A stretch of DNA of 62,045 nt, filler included, from Stramenopiles sp. TOSAG23-3 (GCA_900128585.1; 20 parts of 20 records of this genome joined end to end with filler, not necessarily neighbours in it); one strand, 5' to 3'; positions 10,190 to 22,215 are shown, numbered from the whole stretch's first letter. Translations and numbers: made by a program. The notes: generated by a model from the letters alone, not told the origin.

Positions 10190-11812
10190 CTACAAATCGT
10201 CGTCCTCATCGACCTCCTCTAGTCGTTTTTTCCTTCCCGGCGATCCGTACTTGATGCGACCCAACAACGTTTCCATTAACTGGGGATCGGAGTGAATCTT
10301 CTGCAGCTTTTCACGGTTTAGCTCGCGCTCGCCGGCGGTCATCGCGGTCGGGCCACTCTTGTCCAAAGTTCCATCTCCTCCCGATGACATCTGCCGCTGT
10401 AGCATGCTTTGGTAGTCCAATTGTTTCTGGCGTTTCATTCGCTTCTCGCTCCTTTGCCTCTCGTCATAGTTCTTCACATCCTCCCTGGCCTTGATCACAT
10501 ACTTCAGGTCCCTCGATCTTCGATCCACTTCTCGTTGCCGCTTCTCGTCCACTTGGCGTTTTAATATTTTGTTGCGCTCTTCTAGTTCCTTTAACCGTCT
10601 GATTCGCGTTTCTTCAGCAATTTTGTGGCTTCGCTCTTCTTGCTCCCTTGCGTGGCGCTCAATTCGCTCTAAGTCGGCGGCATCGTTATCGAATTCCTCC
10701 TTTCGGCTTTCAACATTTGCCGCTTGTCGGCGCGCTTGGTCCGCAGCACATTTGTCGAAGTACGCCTTACGATCAGACTCTTTCTTCAGTTCACGGGCTG
10801 CGAACTCCTCTTGTAGCCTAATGTCTTCGAGTCGATCAGCCTCTTCCTTTGCTTCTTTACGCAAACGAACGGCCTCGTTTTCTTTTCGCACTCTTGCGGC
10901 CTCTTTCAGCGCGCGCGCCCTTTTCCTGCGTGCTCTCAGGACCTTCTGCCGCTCCTCCTCTTGTGCATCTTCAATCTCTCTAATTTCACGTTTGAGGTTC
11001 TCTTCACGTGATTTTTTCTTCCTGGCGCGCTCGATTGCGATGGTTTTCTCGCGAGCTTCCTTGATCTTCATCATGGCATCCTTTTGCTTCTTGGCTTTTG
11101 CGGCCTTTTCAACTTTGTCCGCGGCCACTTCTTCCAGTATGTCGTTTATGTACGCGTCCTCTTGTTTCTTAAATTTGGCGGCCGCTTCCTCTTTGATAGC
11201 TACCTGGACGTCCAACTCTGCCTTCAACTGGGCCTGCTCTTCGCGATAACGATACCTGTCATTCTTGACTTTTTGCTCGTTCATCATCGCATCGAACGCG
11301 TCCAGGAGCGTCCATTCGTCTGCACCCACGTCGGAGGCGGCAGACGTGGTGCTACCAAGCCGGGCAGACTCCTTGGCCCTGTCCTTTGGCGTTTCCGGGA
11401 CCACGGAGCGCGCGGTTCCCCGGGCGCTCGGGCGGGCGCTCGGGCGGGCGCTGGCTTGGCTGCGGCCTGTGCCAGTGCGACCCGTGCGGCCTGTTGGGCG
11501 TGCACTTCCTCGCTGGCTATCAACAACCCTGCACTTCTCTCGGATTTTGTTCTCAAGCTGTGCCAAATCTTTCTCCGCGAGTTTCTTGTCCATGGTGGCC
11601 GTAATGAACCTATCCACTTCTTCAGCAATCACATCCATCCATTTCTTGCCGTACTTTGCAACAAGCTTCTTCTTCAACACCGTCTTGAGCTTTTCGCGCT
11701 TAGAACTGCGTGGCCCCATCGCTTTATTCCTCAGTGCTTCAAGCTTTCGTCGCCTTGAATTGCTCATGGTCGAAACGTTTGACCGTGCAGTATCCATTCC
11801 GCGAACACTCAT
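10190..11812 (-). CDS. Long charged coiled-coil protein (trichohyalin-like, possibly ciliary/cytoskeletal)
   Basis: 540-aa ORF from ATG 11812 with coding-like composition, E/R/K-rich helical repeats, DEWTLL motif before the coil. Confidence 0.65.
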   Translation of the reverse strand: MSVRGMDTARSNVSTMSNSRRRKLEALRNKAMGPRSSKREKLKTVLKKKLVAKYGKKWMDVIAEEVDRFITATMDKKLAEKDLAQLENKIREKCRVVDSQRGSARPTGRTGRTGTGRSQASARPSARPSARGTARSVVPETPKDRAKESARLGSTTSAASDVGADEWTLLDAFDAMMNEQKVKNDRYRYREEQAQLKAELDVQVAIKEEAAAKFKKQEDAYINDILEEVAADKVEKAAKAKKQKDAMMKIKEAREKTIAIERARKKKSREENLKREIREIEDAQEEERQKVLRARRKRARALKEAARVRKENEAVRLRKEAKEEADRLEDIRLQEEFAARELKKESDRKAYFDKCAADQARRQAANVESRKEEFDNDAADLERIERHAREQEERSHKIAEETRIRRLKELEERNKILKRQVDEKRQREVDRRSRDLKYVIKAREDVKNYDERQRSEKRMKRQKQLDYQSMLQRQMSSGGDGTLDKSGPTAMTAGERELNREKLQKIHSDPQLMETLLGRIKYGSPGRKKRLEEVDEDDDL

Positions 11813-12477
11813 AGTTCTTTGTTCACAAATATGTATGGGTATTTGTATGCGTTTCTCTTGACAAAGGTATTTAACAACAAGAAAGAATGAAAAGAATTGT
11901 TTTTTAAACAATAACTTACTTTAAAGTGGTGTCTAAACAAATGTGCCAAATGGATTTGTATACCGTTCGAAACAGAAACACATACATTCTATACCAAATG
12001 GAACGAAACTCAACAAAATGGTTTAATTAGTTTTTAGTCTAGTGCCGTTCTTTAAACCGCCACCGAGGAGGAGATGAAGTCACATTGTCTTCTTCTTCTT
12101 TTTGTTTGATGTTATTTTTTTATTTTTATTTTATTATTCATCATCACGTTGTTTGTTCCTTTGTTGTTCCTTCTTCTTTCTTCAGCCTACGTACACTCTC
12201 AAACAAAAAATTTAAAATAAGTAAATACCTCTTCCTGTGATTATATTAAATACAAACCACCCCACTTGTCAAGAAAAACGGATAAGTAAAAGTAGGAAAA
12301 AAAAGAAAAACAAATTGGTAGTCTAAATAGTACGAAAGTACTGTATTAATAAATATTATTAAAAGAAATAAAATAATNNNNNNNNNNNNNNNNNNNNNNN
12401 NNNNNNNNNNNNNNNNNNNNNTTAATTAATTAANNNNNNNNNNNNNNNNNNNNNNNNNNNNNNNNNNNNNNNNNNNN

Positions 12478-12590
12478 ACGGCCTTTGAAATTCCAGAGGT
12501 GGCGACGACGACGCCCGCCGATTCAGAGCCATCGCTGACGCCCGTCCCGGCGCCACCACCAACCCCCTCACCGTCTGTCCGCGCGTCCAT
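12478..12590 (-). CDS. 5' fragment of a gene cut by the contig end (MDARTDGEGVGGGAGTGVSDGSESAG...)
   Basis: ATG at the AT-to-GC transition, open to the contig edge. Confidence 0.45.
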
Positions 12591-13306
12591 GCCAGTTCAA
12601 CAAATGCGCTGGAAACGATACCCTGCTATTTAAATTCAAATCAACAATACTGCTGTTTCATTCTTTATTGTTTTTTTAAAACGCTCTTGTTTCGTCCGTC
12701 CACAATACAATACAAGCTAAGCAATACAAGCCACTAAGCGATGTCTAAAGTCTTGATATAGAAATTAGATTTGTTTATATTATTATTTGAAATTATTGCA
12801 TCATTTTCTTCCTCTTCTCCTCCTCCTCTCTCCTCGTTAAAACTTTCCCAACTAGTAGTCTGGACAGGTTTTTGCATACTCCCCCGTAACTCTACTACTT
12901 TTCTACCCTATTCTTCTCTATTTTCATTATCATAATCCAAATCCCTTAATACTATAGAAGAAAAAAAAAAGAAAAGAAGAAAGAAAAAGAAAAGAAGAAG
13001 ATATATAGAAAGAAGAAGAATAAAAAGATACCAAGTAGTAGAAGAAAGAAGAAGAAGAAAAGAACGAAAAGAAGAAAGAACGAGAAGAAGAAGAAGAAGA
13101 ACTAACGACGAAATAAAGAAAAAAAGAGAAGAAGAAGTTTTTTTTTTCTTCAGTAGTTTTTTAGTATGAAATTGTTTGGAAGAATATTTGGGTGAACGAA
13201 TCCCATTATATTTAGATACATCTATATTCACTGTATTACGTAATTTTTGTATGTTCTTCCTTCCCTATACTACTCTATTAATTGTTGCACCGCTTTGACA
13301 AAGAAA

Positions 13307-13849
13307 ATGTCTTCTGTCCCGCGCGCAGTGGCTTTTGACCTCGACGGTTGCTTGTGGGACCCTGAAATGTATGAGTTGTGGTCTTCCGGTGGCAGTCCAT
13401 TCACAAAGGACGGTGATACTTTGGTAGATAGAGGCGGTGTTGTCGTTCATTTGATGGGAGATGCGCGGTATGTGCTAACGCAGTTGGGAACGGACGATAA
13501 ATTTAAGAATACGCATGTTGCAACATCGAGTTCCTGCGACGAACCTGCGTGGGCAAGAGAGTGTCTGGAGAAGTTTGAAATAGGAGGGGGGCGGATCATG
13601 GGTTCGGTGTTTCATAGTCACGAGATATACAAAGCACGATCCAAACAAGTTCATCTTTCGAAAGTCTGTGAATCAGCAGGTTGTAAGCCGGAGGAAGTAG
13701 TATTTTTTGACAATCAGATGAACAACTGCAACGCTGTTGTGAAGATGGGAGTCACAACGGTTTTTACAAACAAGTGTGGCGTGACCAAGGCCATTTGGGA
13801 GCAAGTATTGAAAGAATTCCCTGCGCCTGGCCGCATCCTAAAGTTTTAG
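13307..13849 (+). CDS. MDP1: Magnesium-dependent phosphatase 1 (HAD subfamily IIIC)
   Basis: PRAVAFDLDGCLW (DxD motif), EPAWARECL, SKQVHL, VFFDNQMNN, MGVT. Confidence 0.88.
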   Translation: MSSVPRAVAFDLDGCLWDPEMYELWSSGGSPFTKDGDTLVDRGGVVVHLMGDARYVLTQLGTDDKFKNTHVATSSSCDEPAWARECLEKFEIGGGRIMGSVFHSHEIYKARSKQVHLSKVCESAGCKPEEVVFFDNQMNNCNAVVKMGVTTVFTNKCGVTKAIWEQVLKEFPAPGRILKF

Positions 13850-14116
13850 TAAGACAAGGGAGGTGGGGCACTTTTGATTGTGAATATTAAACTGTGTAAA
13901 AAGTACTTTTGCTAATTCTTAAAATGTTTCAAAATACAACAACTAATGCTCTATAGTATGTTTTGTATTTTGTTTTAAATTATTTTTTTATTTTCAAATA
14001 TATTATATTTTATACCGTACTTCTCTACATTTGGAATAACAAAATATGAGCTCGTATGTAATACTCGAAATAAATAAGACTACTCTATGAATTAATACAA
14101 GATCGCAAAATATTTT

Positions 14117-15061
14117 TTACGGGTTTGCCCCATCGTCCACTCCAAACTCTTCATCACCTTCCTCGTCGACCTCGTCGATCGTGGACACCTGTTCGTACCG
14201 CTGCTGTTGCCGCTCCCTCGCCCGGCGAATCACAGAAGCAGACGCTCGAGCAGTCCTGTCCTGGACGGTTGCCACAGTCGACGAGAAAAGGGACCCTATC
14301 CGTGAAACTCCTGAGCACGTGCCCCGGCAGCACGGATGGGGTTCAAGCATGGTGTGCATCGTCTCCGGGGCATTGACGTACCTCGTGCTCTGCAAAAGGG
14401 CAAAATTTCTGTGCTTGCCTTCCAGCGTTTTTATGTACTCATTGGACGGAATCGTCCATTCCAAAAGCCCATAGACGTAGCATACGCCAAGGACAAGACC
14501 AGCCAAATGGCCAAGAAATGAAATATTGGGCATAAGAATCTGGAGCCCCCCAAGCAATATCCAAGGGTACCACTTAGATGGCACGGTGCAGCCGAAAAAG
14601 TTCCGTGTGGGAAAAGGTGACAGGAAGCTCTCAATCGTAGCGTACGCAAACAAAACCCCGGAGAACCCTACGGAATTGTAATACCACCAGGAGCGCTCGT
14701 AAAATGTGCCCAGCGCGATACACACTGCCAAGTACAAGAAATTCGATAGCATGACCGTAACAAATGTGTAAAATACAAACCGAAACGTGCCCAAGATGCG
14801 CTCCACTGCCTCCCCCAACGTCAACAGGGACATCATATTAAAGCCAATGTGCATGAGCCCTGCGTGAAAAAAAGAGCCAGACACGATTCGATAAAACTCG
14901 TGGTTTGAGTAAACGGCAAGAGGGGACATCATGTACTTTTCTAACTTCAAACCAAGCATGTACTGCCCGATTTGCAAGATGCAGCAGGTTCCCAGAAAAA
15001 ACAGGGTCCCGCTGTTGATCGACTTGACGTACTCTGCTGCCGTCGGAGCAGTAGAAGCCAT
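14117..15061 (-). CDS. Rhomboid intramembrane serine protease (RHBDL4/RBL-like)
   Basis: YRIVSGSFFHAGLMHIGFNM, catalytic GFSG and SFLGHLAG, several TM segments. Confidence 0.9.
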   Translation of the reverse strand: MASTAPTAAEYVKSINSGTLFFLGTCCILQIGQYMLGLKLEKYMMSPLAVYSNHEFYRIVSGSFFHAGLMHIGFNMMSLLTLGEAVERILGTFRFVFYTFVTVMLSNFLYLAVCIALGTFYERSWWYYNSVGFSGVLFAYATIESFLSPFPTRNFFGCTVPSKWYPWILLGGLQILMPNISFLGHLAGLVLGVCYVYGLLEWTIPSNEYIKTLEGKHRNFALLQSTRYVNAPETMHTMLEPHPCCRGTCSGVSRIGSLFSSTVATVQDRTARASASVIRRARERQQQRYEQVSTIDEVDEEGDEEFGVDDGANP

Positions 15062-15827
15062 CCTTTCTTCGTTCGCCTTCGTATTGCTCCCCCTTCGATC
15101 GTGTTTGAACGCTCAGCTAATTTCCACGGCTTGTTTGGTTCTCTTCTGTTTTAGTCTTTTTTCGCTTGTCCTCGTCATCCTATTCATCAGCAATCACAAG
15201 CAACGAAATAATACTTTGTATAAGTGTTCTTGCAGAATACCTTCTTCTTTTTTTTTCTCCTAGTGATTGTGTTCGTACTACTAAGTATAAAAAATAGGAA
15301 TTATTAGAAGAAGAAGAAAGTTTTTTTAAAGAGTAGTTGTTAAATAAATATTACCTAACGACGAAAAAAAAAGAGAAGAAGAAGAAAGAGAAGAGAAGAC
15401 ATTGTTACAAGTATACAATATTTTAAGTTTTTGCGATAAAATTCAATGATTTTTTGTACTTGTAATAGTTCCCTATATAAATTGGTATAGTGNNNNNNNN
15501 NNNNNNNNNNNNNNNNNNNNNNNNNNNNNNNNNNNNTTAATTAATTAANNNNNNNNNNNNNNNNNNNNNNNNNNNNNNNNNNNNNNNNNNNNAAAGGTAG
15601 CAGGCTCGTGTGAAACAATAGTATCAGAAAAGTTTCGTTTCCTTTTTTAATATAGACGTAGCATACGCTGTGGACGAAAATCGTCCACAGCCGATTGTTG
15701 TAACTTTTTTACCTATATATTTATAGTAAAGAGAATACTATCACTATTTATATGTTAAATTTACTATCCCGGCTATGAGATATGATATTACGTTTTTTAC
15801 GTTCTTACGTCTTTTGACCGTTTAAAG

Positions 15828-18042
15828 TTAAGCCTTCAGTTGGTACGGAAAATTGATTTTGATCGTTCCTCGCCCGTACGCATTGCTTTCCTTCGAATTT
15901 TGTGGCCTGCCAACCAAGCCTTCTGATATCATTACGTTCAGCTTTGCGCTGAACGCCGGGTTTCTAAGGGCATCCTCCAGCCATTGAACGCTAAATGCGC
16001 AGTTCAGCTCCGTTTGCTGCCTGGAAACAAGCTCTTCCTTTGTGCAGCAATACACTTGCTCTATTCGTCGCAGCTCGTTGTCCCGTTGGGAGGCGGCCTC
16101 GGCGTCGCCCATACTATTGTTCAGCAACGCCTCGGTCCCAGGGCGTCCCGCCAGCAGTTTGTTCGCACCGGCAATGGCGCTCCCTGAAAACCGATGTTTA
16201 ACTCTTGCAACGTCTTCTAAAAACTGCAATCGTAGCCGATCGTGCTCCACGCGGCACTTCAACAGGTGCCGAGCAAGGCGGTCGCTTCGCATGGCTTCGA
16301 GGGGGGATACGCTAGTTTCCTCGTCAATTTTGATGCCCACCCCGGACGCCCTCACGGCACCCAGGGCGCACTCCTTCACCGTCTTTACCATGCCCTGAAA
16401 CGCCTCCGTGAAGCGGGAACTTTCCGAGGCGGGCTCCCAGCCTTCCGGGTAGGACGCGGGCCGGATGAATGGCGCGGGCGTCTCGGCGCTTCGAAGGGCG
16501 ATCAGGGCGGCGGCCGTGACAAGGTCGGCCTGGTGCCTGCGGGAGTCTTCCAGGTATCCTGGGAGTCGCGGCCATACTATTTTGGGAACGTTCAGGGCCG
16601 CCGGGGCCTTGAACGCAGCCTGAAACGTTGCAACCTTTTTCGGTTGGCTGAAAACGGACAGGCCCGCGCGCTGCGGGTTGAGCGCCCGCTTCTTCTTTAC
16701 CGTGGCCGCCGCACTTGCCTTCCCTTTGCCGTCCGCTTTCTTCGACTCGCCCTTCGGCAATTCCTTGCTCCTTTTTTTTTCGGTGCTGTCCTTTCCCCCG
16801 CTCTTCTTCTTCACGGGCGCGTTCTTCTTGCCCCCCCGGACTTTGGGGGCTTTCGCGTTTTTGGCGCTGCTGCTGTTGCTGCGGGACACGGCGCCGGCGG
16901 AGCTGCTGGGCGGCGACTTTTTCTTTCGCTTCGCCGCCGCGGCCAGCTTCGCCTCGGCGGCCTTTCGCTTCTTTTCCAGTTGGCGGGCCTGCTGCTCGGC
17001 GAGGGCGATGGCTTTCTCATTCTCCCTCTTCTTTTTCTTCGCGGCCCTGACGCGCGCCTCCTCTTCCTCCTGCTTCTGGCGCTCGGCCCGCTCCCGCTCC
17101 CGCTGCTGCTGCCTTTCGGCCTTGTTCCTTAACCGCTGCTCCCGCTCCTCCTCCTCCCTCCGCTCCTTCTCCCCCGGCACGACCGCCTCCATGGTGTCCG
17201 GGTCGTAAATGGTTCGGGGTCGCCGCTTCCGGTCGGGGGCGACCGAGACCAGGTCTTTCTTGGTGATGTACGCCACCTGGACCCGGCGCTCCGTCCCGCC
17301 GAGCAAGTACTTCACGTCGTACGTCCCGTCGTCGTTGACTTTCCAGACCCGCCCGGCCCCCCCAGGCTTATTCATCCCTGGCCACGTGCGGGACTGGACG
17401 GACACCGTGTCGCCTTTCTTCAGCCTGTCCTTCTGTGACGATGCCGTCGGCCGCGCGCTTCCAACGCTCGCCTTTGGGGTCGCGCTTGCAAAGTTCAGCT
17501 GGCGCTTCGCAGCGTCCAGGGAGTCCGCGCCCGGGGCGGCCTTCGCCACGGGCTCTCCGGCGGCCTTTGCGGACGAGGGGGGGGGGCGCGCCCGCGGACG
17601 GGGAGTCTACGAGGGGCGGCGCTGTCGCGGGGGGCGGCTGCGTCCCCTTCATCGCGCAGAGGGTTCTCGAAACGTTCGTGTACCGTTCCTGGCACTCCTG
17701 GGCGCCGTGGCGCTTGCCAAACGTTCCCGTCTTGCTGACGGCCGTCCAGTCCACGCCCTGGGTGCGGTCGTCGGGGGGCGAGAGCTTCGCCACCAGGGCC
17801 AGCAGCGACCTTGTGTCGCGCTTGCTCCATTTGGAACTCTTCAAGTCGGGTGTTCCGTCGTACTGTTCGTCGGAAAAGTCGAGCTTCCCGGCTACCCCCG
17901 TGTACGAGCGCCCGTTGAGGTTGTTCAGCGTCGACGGGCCTTGCTCCACGGAGGAGGGCGTTTCCGTGGCAGTCGCCCCAGGCGCGGCGGAACCCGTGGC
18001 GGCTGCCGGCATGGACGCACTCGGAGAAAACATCTCGCTCAT
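15828..18042 (-). CDS. Myb/SANT plus Tudor-like nuclear protein, split into two ORFs by a frameshift in a G/C homopolymer
   Basis: ORF 17368-18042 has KWSKRDTRSLL...VDWTAVS...QECQERY (Myb/SANT); ORF 15828-17549 has GDTVSV...GRVWKVNDDGTYDVKYLLGGTERRV (Tudor-like); frames switch at the G run 17577-17586. Confidence 0.65.
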
Positions 18043-18709
18043 ATTGAAGAGGGTGATGAGGTAGGGTGTAGGGTGTAGGATATAGAATAGAACACGAAAA
18101 CGAAATCCTTACTTTTCCCAGTTCAAACCAAACTGTGCTTCAAGTCGATTGAACTTGTTTCTTCTCTTTGCGACCGTGCGTCTGTGTGTGTTGCTCATTT
18201 CATTTAAACTCGTATTTTATGTTTTTTTGCTTCTCTTCCTTCTTCTTTTATTATTTCAAATAAAATATCCTATACTATCTACCTGTATATTAAATGGAGG
18301 GAGTCTAACCTATTTTACAATTAAAGTTTGTCCCTTTCTAATTAAGGATATCTAAATTTATTATAATAATTATATCATTCCTTATTGACATTATAATAAT
18401 AAGATTATACTTATAAAATATGAATTAATTTTAATTAAAAAAAACAATTTATCCTTTATTTATATTTAGAATATATTTTTTTTCATTAAGTGTGAATGAG
18501 AAGAAGAAGAAGTAATAATAGAAAAGAAAAGAAAAGAAGAGAATCTGAAGAAGAGAAGAGAATTAATAGAAAAGAAAAGAAAAGAAAAGAAAAGAAAAGA
18601 AAAGAAANNNNNNNNNNNNNNNNNNNNNNNNNNNNNNNNNNNNNNNNNNNNTTAATTAATTAANNNNNNNNNNNNNNNNNNNNNNNNNNNNNNNNNNNNN
18701 NNNNNNNGA

Positions 18710-21619
18710 AAGTTCAATGGCAAAGTTCGCGAGGCCACCCTGCGCATGGGCTCCACCGCGGAGGAAGTGGACGTGTCCTTCCCAATGCACACCCCAACCC
18801 TGCCACGAAGCGAACGGCCGAAAATGCCCGTCCCAGAGCCCCCGTGCGTCGTCGTCCTGCCGAAATATCCCCGCCCAGAGCCTGCAGTTGCGTCCCCAGA
18901 ATCTGTGCTTGCAGAAGAACCACGGGAAGAGAGCGTCGACTACGCGCTCCCGACGGCCCAGGAGAAGATACTGCCGGAAGAGTCCCAGGTGGCCGAAAAG
19001 CAAAGGAACGGGATCGACGTCCAGCCGGCCGCATCGATGGAGTCCCGGCTGCTCGCGTCGGGCTCGACGCTGCCTAGCACAGTGGAACAGTACAACAACC
19101 CCCCCGTGCCGTTGCAAAAGCCCTCCTCAACGATTCTGAACGAAGTGTTCGGTGCTAACACTGAACCCTCCAACAACAAGTCCCTGGTGCCGAAAAAGAA
19201 GAAGAAAAAGAAGAAGCCGCGTGCGATGGCGAACGCGATCGCTTTGGCGGCGGATCCAGGTGTCGTGCAGAAGCGCCTCTCGCGACCCCGGCTCATCTCC
19301 CTCCTCCGCAACTACGGGCAGTACCCAGACAAGTACCGTCTACTCATATGGGGGTTCCTGCTTCAGTTGCCGCGGAACGAGACGGCGTTCGACAGGCTGC
19401 TGTCCCGAGGGATTCACCCGAACTACGCGAAGCTGTCTGAGGAATATCCCATCAAAGACCAGCGGTTGCTTCGAAAGCTGCAGAAAATGCTGAGCGCACT
19501 GGCCAACTGGAGCCCGGTCTTCTCGAACCTGTCCTATTTGCCTGCCATGGCGTTTCCCATCGTGAAAGTCTTCGCGTCGGACGGAATCGGGGCATTCGAG
19601 ACGTTGATGAGTTTCGTGCTGAACTGGTGCGAGGGGTGGTTTGAAACCTTTCCTCATCCACCGATCCCGGTCCTGGCCTACGTGGAGAGGCTTATGGCGT
19701 ACCACGACAAGCCCTTGTTGGACAACTTCGTCGCTCGCGGCATAGACGCGAGAGTGTACGCCTGGAGAATCATGCGCACGCTGTTCACCGAACTTCTCTC
19801 CAGGGAGGAGTGGCTCCAGCTGTTCGACCACTTTCTGACGCACGCGGACGAGCCGACGCTCTTGTCGATCGCCGTTGTGGCCTACTTGAGGCAGTTCCGG
19901 TCCTCGATCATCGGCAGCGGAAGCGCGGAGGAGATCGAGGCCTTCCTTCATCGTCAAAACCCAATTTCGATGGAAGGCTTCATTAAGAGCGTGTACAAAC
20001 TGCGCGCCGACACCCCGAACGACATGATTCCCGGTAAAACGGAGGCGAGCGCGGCGAACTTTCCCCTCGGCGTAGGGCAGTATCCTATTTTCGACCGTTA
20101 CCCCAAGTACGTGGTAAACTTTCAACTCCAGGAGCGGAAGAGAATCGAGGAGGAGGAAAACAGGATTCGAAAGAAGCGCAGCACGCTAGAAGGCTTGCAG
20201 CGTCGGGCGGACGACCTCGGCAAACGCGAGCGGGACTGGCAGATTCAGCAGGCGGAATTCTTGCGACTCGAAAAAGAGCGCGTTGCCAAGCTGTCCGTCG
20301 ATGCCCAAACGCGGGCGAAAGAGCGGGAACGTTTGGCCCGCAAAGCGGAGGAGCGGCGGATGCAGCAAGTCGCGTTCTTGCAAGAAAGCGCGGAGCGGGC
20401 GCTGGACTATCAAAAGCAGGCCTTGGAGATCGCCAAGTCGCGCGGGGAGCTTGAGAGCAAGGTAAAGACCGAAGAGCAATCGCAGCTTTTGAAGGAACGT
20501 GAAAAAGAAGAAGAGCTCCTCAACCTTGAGTTCCAGTCGATGCAGCAGGTCCACGAAATCCAGCAGAAGCGCAAAACGGACGATGACTTGGAGAAGCTTC
20601 AAGCCGAATTCGATGCCATGCAGAAGCAGACCGAGCTGGTCCAGCAGCGTGCCATGCGGGACATGAAACTCGACGACGAGCGGCGGGCGACAATGCTGAA
20701 GGCCCGCACCGACGAGCTGGCGAAACGCAGCGGTGACTTGGAAGTCGAACGGGTGCGCCGGGAGCTGATGGCAAAGCAAGCCAAGGACCAGATAGAGTAC
20801 GAAGCAAATATGGCGGAGGCAGAACGAGAACGACGGCTGCGGGCGGCTCAGCTGGACGGAACCTTCGCTGCAGATGAAGAGATCGAGATGAAACGGCGCC
20901 GTCAGCGTATTTTGATGGAAGAGGAAGAACGCGAGCAGAAGCTGATGGCGATGGAACTAAAGCGGTGGCGAGACGAGCAGCAAAGCAAGAGGATGGCATT
21001 GGTCGAAGCCGAAGAGCAACGGTTGAAACGGGAGAAAGAAGCGCGCGATGAGCGATTGAGGCAATTAGAAAGTCTGCAGCGGAAGCGCGAGTTCGAAGAA
21101 GCGATCATTCGCCGAAAGTCCGCAGAGGGCGCGAGTATCCAGGAGGAAGAAAAGCGGCTGCAAGAGATATTGTCGAATATCGAAAAAGAACGCGCTACCG
21201 ACCGAAAGGAAGAGCTGGACCTGCTGTTCAAAGAGCAGGAGCTGCGAGAAAAATCTGCGTTTAACAAGATTCTGCGCGAAACAGATGAGAAAATCGTAGC
21301 CGAAGAACGGGAACGGTTTGAGCGCATTCGCGCCCATTATCGGAACGTGGCTGCAACCACCGACGAGCAAAGCATACGGGTGCACGAGGCGCAACTAAAA
21401 GATCAGGTCGCCGCCCGGCAACAAGAGATTATAGACCGTGCTGCGGAAACGAGGGCGCAAGTGAGGCAAGAGGAAATTGCGAAACTAAAAGAAGAGTTTG
21501 GCCCCGACGCTGATAGAATCATTGCGAAAGCAGCCCAAATGGAGCGCAAGAAAAAGAAGAGCGGTGGTTGGAGCCTTGGGAAAGTCCTCGGTGGGAAAAA
21601 ATCAAAAAGCAGGAAATAG
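18710..21619 (+). CDS. TBC1D31: TBC1D31 (WDR67)-like Rab-GAP TBC-domain and coiled-coil protein, 5'-partial
   Basis: LLRNYGQYPDKYRLLIWGFLLQLPRN, LSALANWSPVF, YLPAMAFP, NWCEGWFETFPHPPI, EWLQLFDH, YPIFDRYPKYVVNFQ, then long coiled coil. Confidence 0.85.
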   Translation, partial: KFNGKVREATLRMGSTAEEVDVSFPMHTPTLPRSERPKMPVPEPPCVVVLPKYPRPEPAVASPESVLAEEPREESVDYALPTAQEKILPEESQVAEKQRNGIDVQPAASMESRLLASGSTLPSTVEQYNNPPVPLQKPSSTILNEVFGANTEPSNNKSLVPKKKKKKKKPRAMANAIALAADPGVVQKRLSRPRLISLLRNYGQYPDKYRLLIWGFLLQLPRNETAFDRLLSRGIHPNYAKLSEEYPIKDQRLLRKLQKMLSALANWSPVFSNLSYLPAMAFPIVKVFASDGIGAFETLMSFVLNWCEGWFETFPHPPIPVLAYVERLMAYHDKPLLDNFVARGIDARVYAWRIMRTLFTELLSREEWLQLFDHFLTHADEPTLLSIAVVAYLRQFRSSIIGSGSAEEIEAFLHRQNPISMEGFIKSVYKLRADTPNDMIPGKTEASAANFPLGVGQYPIFDRYPKYVVNFQLQERKRIEEEENRIRKKRSTLEGLQRRADDLGKRERDWQIQQAEFLRLEKERVAKLSVDAQTRAKERERLARKAEERRMQQVAFLQESAERALDYQKQALEIAKSRGELESKVKTEEQSQLLKEREKEEELLNLEFQSMQQVHEIQQKRKTDDDLEKLQAEFDAMQKQTELVQQRAMRDMKLDDERRATMLKARTDELAKRSGDLEVERVRRELMAKQAKDQIEYEANMAEAERERRLRAAQLDGTFAADEEIEMKRRRQRILMEEEEREQKLMAMELKRWRDEQQSKRMALVEAEEQRLKREKEARDERLRQLESLQRKREFEEAIIRRKSAEGASIQEEEKRLQEILSNIEKERATDRKEELDLLFKEQELREKSAFNKILRETDEKIVAEERERFERIRAHYRNVAATTDEQSIRVHEAQLKDQVAARQQEIIDRAAETRAQVRQEEIAKLKEEFGPDADRIIAKAAQMERKKKKSGGWSLGKVLGGKKSKSRK

Positions 21620-21845
21620 CTAAAAACTAAAAAAGCAAGGTATAATTATTACGCGAAAATAATTTACTAAGTACTCGCACTTTTATAATCTCTTCAATTT
21701 CTTATTAACGCACACACATGTNNNNNNNNNNNNNNNNNNNNNNNNNNNNNNNNNNNNNNNNNNNNTTAATTAATTAANNNNNNNNNNNNNNNNNNNNNNN
21801 NNNNNNNNNNNNNNNNNNNNNTCGCGTAACTGCTTCTGTCCGTGC

Positions 21846-22215
21846 ATGAAACGGGCGGACAAGACGGCGATGGGAGTCGCAAAGGTAAGGTACGTCGAGT
21901 CCATGCTCCCTGAAGAGTATCAGCTCTTTTCCGGTCCTTATGGTGGGAAATTTGCCCCCATAGGAGTGTGTATAATGAGTCGTATGAACGTGGACAAAAT
22001 GATCGATGGAGAGCGAAAGCACCGGGGATATACCCTATGCTCGTCGGAAGGACTCGCTGGTTAGATGATATTTGCCGGGACGCCGTCAAAAACGGCTGCG
22101 AACAACTGATTATCCTCGGGGCAGGGTATGACACGCGATCGATCAGAATTGATGAGCTTGGTGGCATTCCCAAGTTTGAAATAGACCAGAAATAATACGA
22201 CACAAGCTAAAGAAA
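21846..22215 (+). pseudogene. Decayed SAM-dependent methyltransferase (LCM/TIGR00027-like)
   Basis: KTAMGVAKVR..ES...LFSGPY in one frame; RTRWLDD...QLIILGAGYDTRS...FEIDQ in another; stop straight after EIDQK; C-terminal half absent. Confidence 0.7.
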
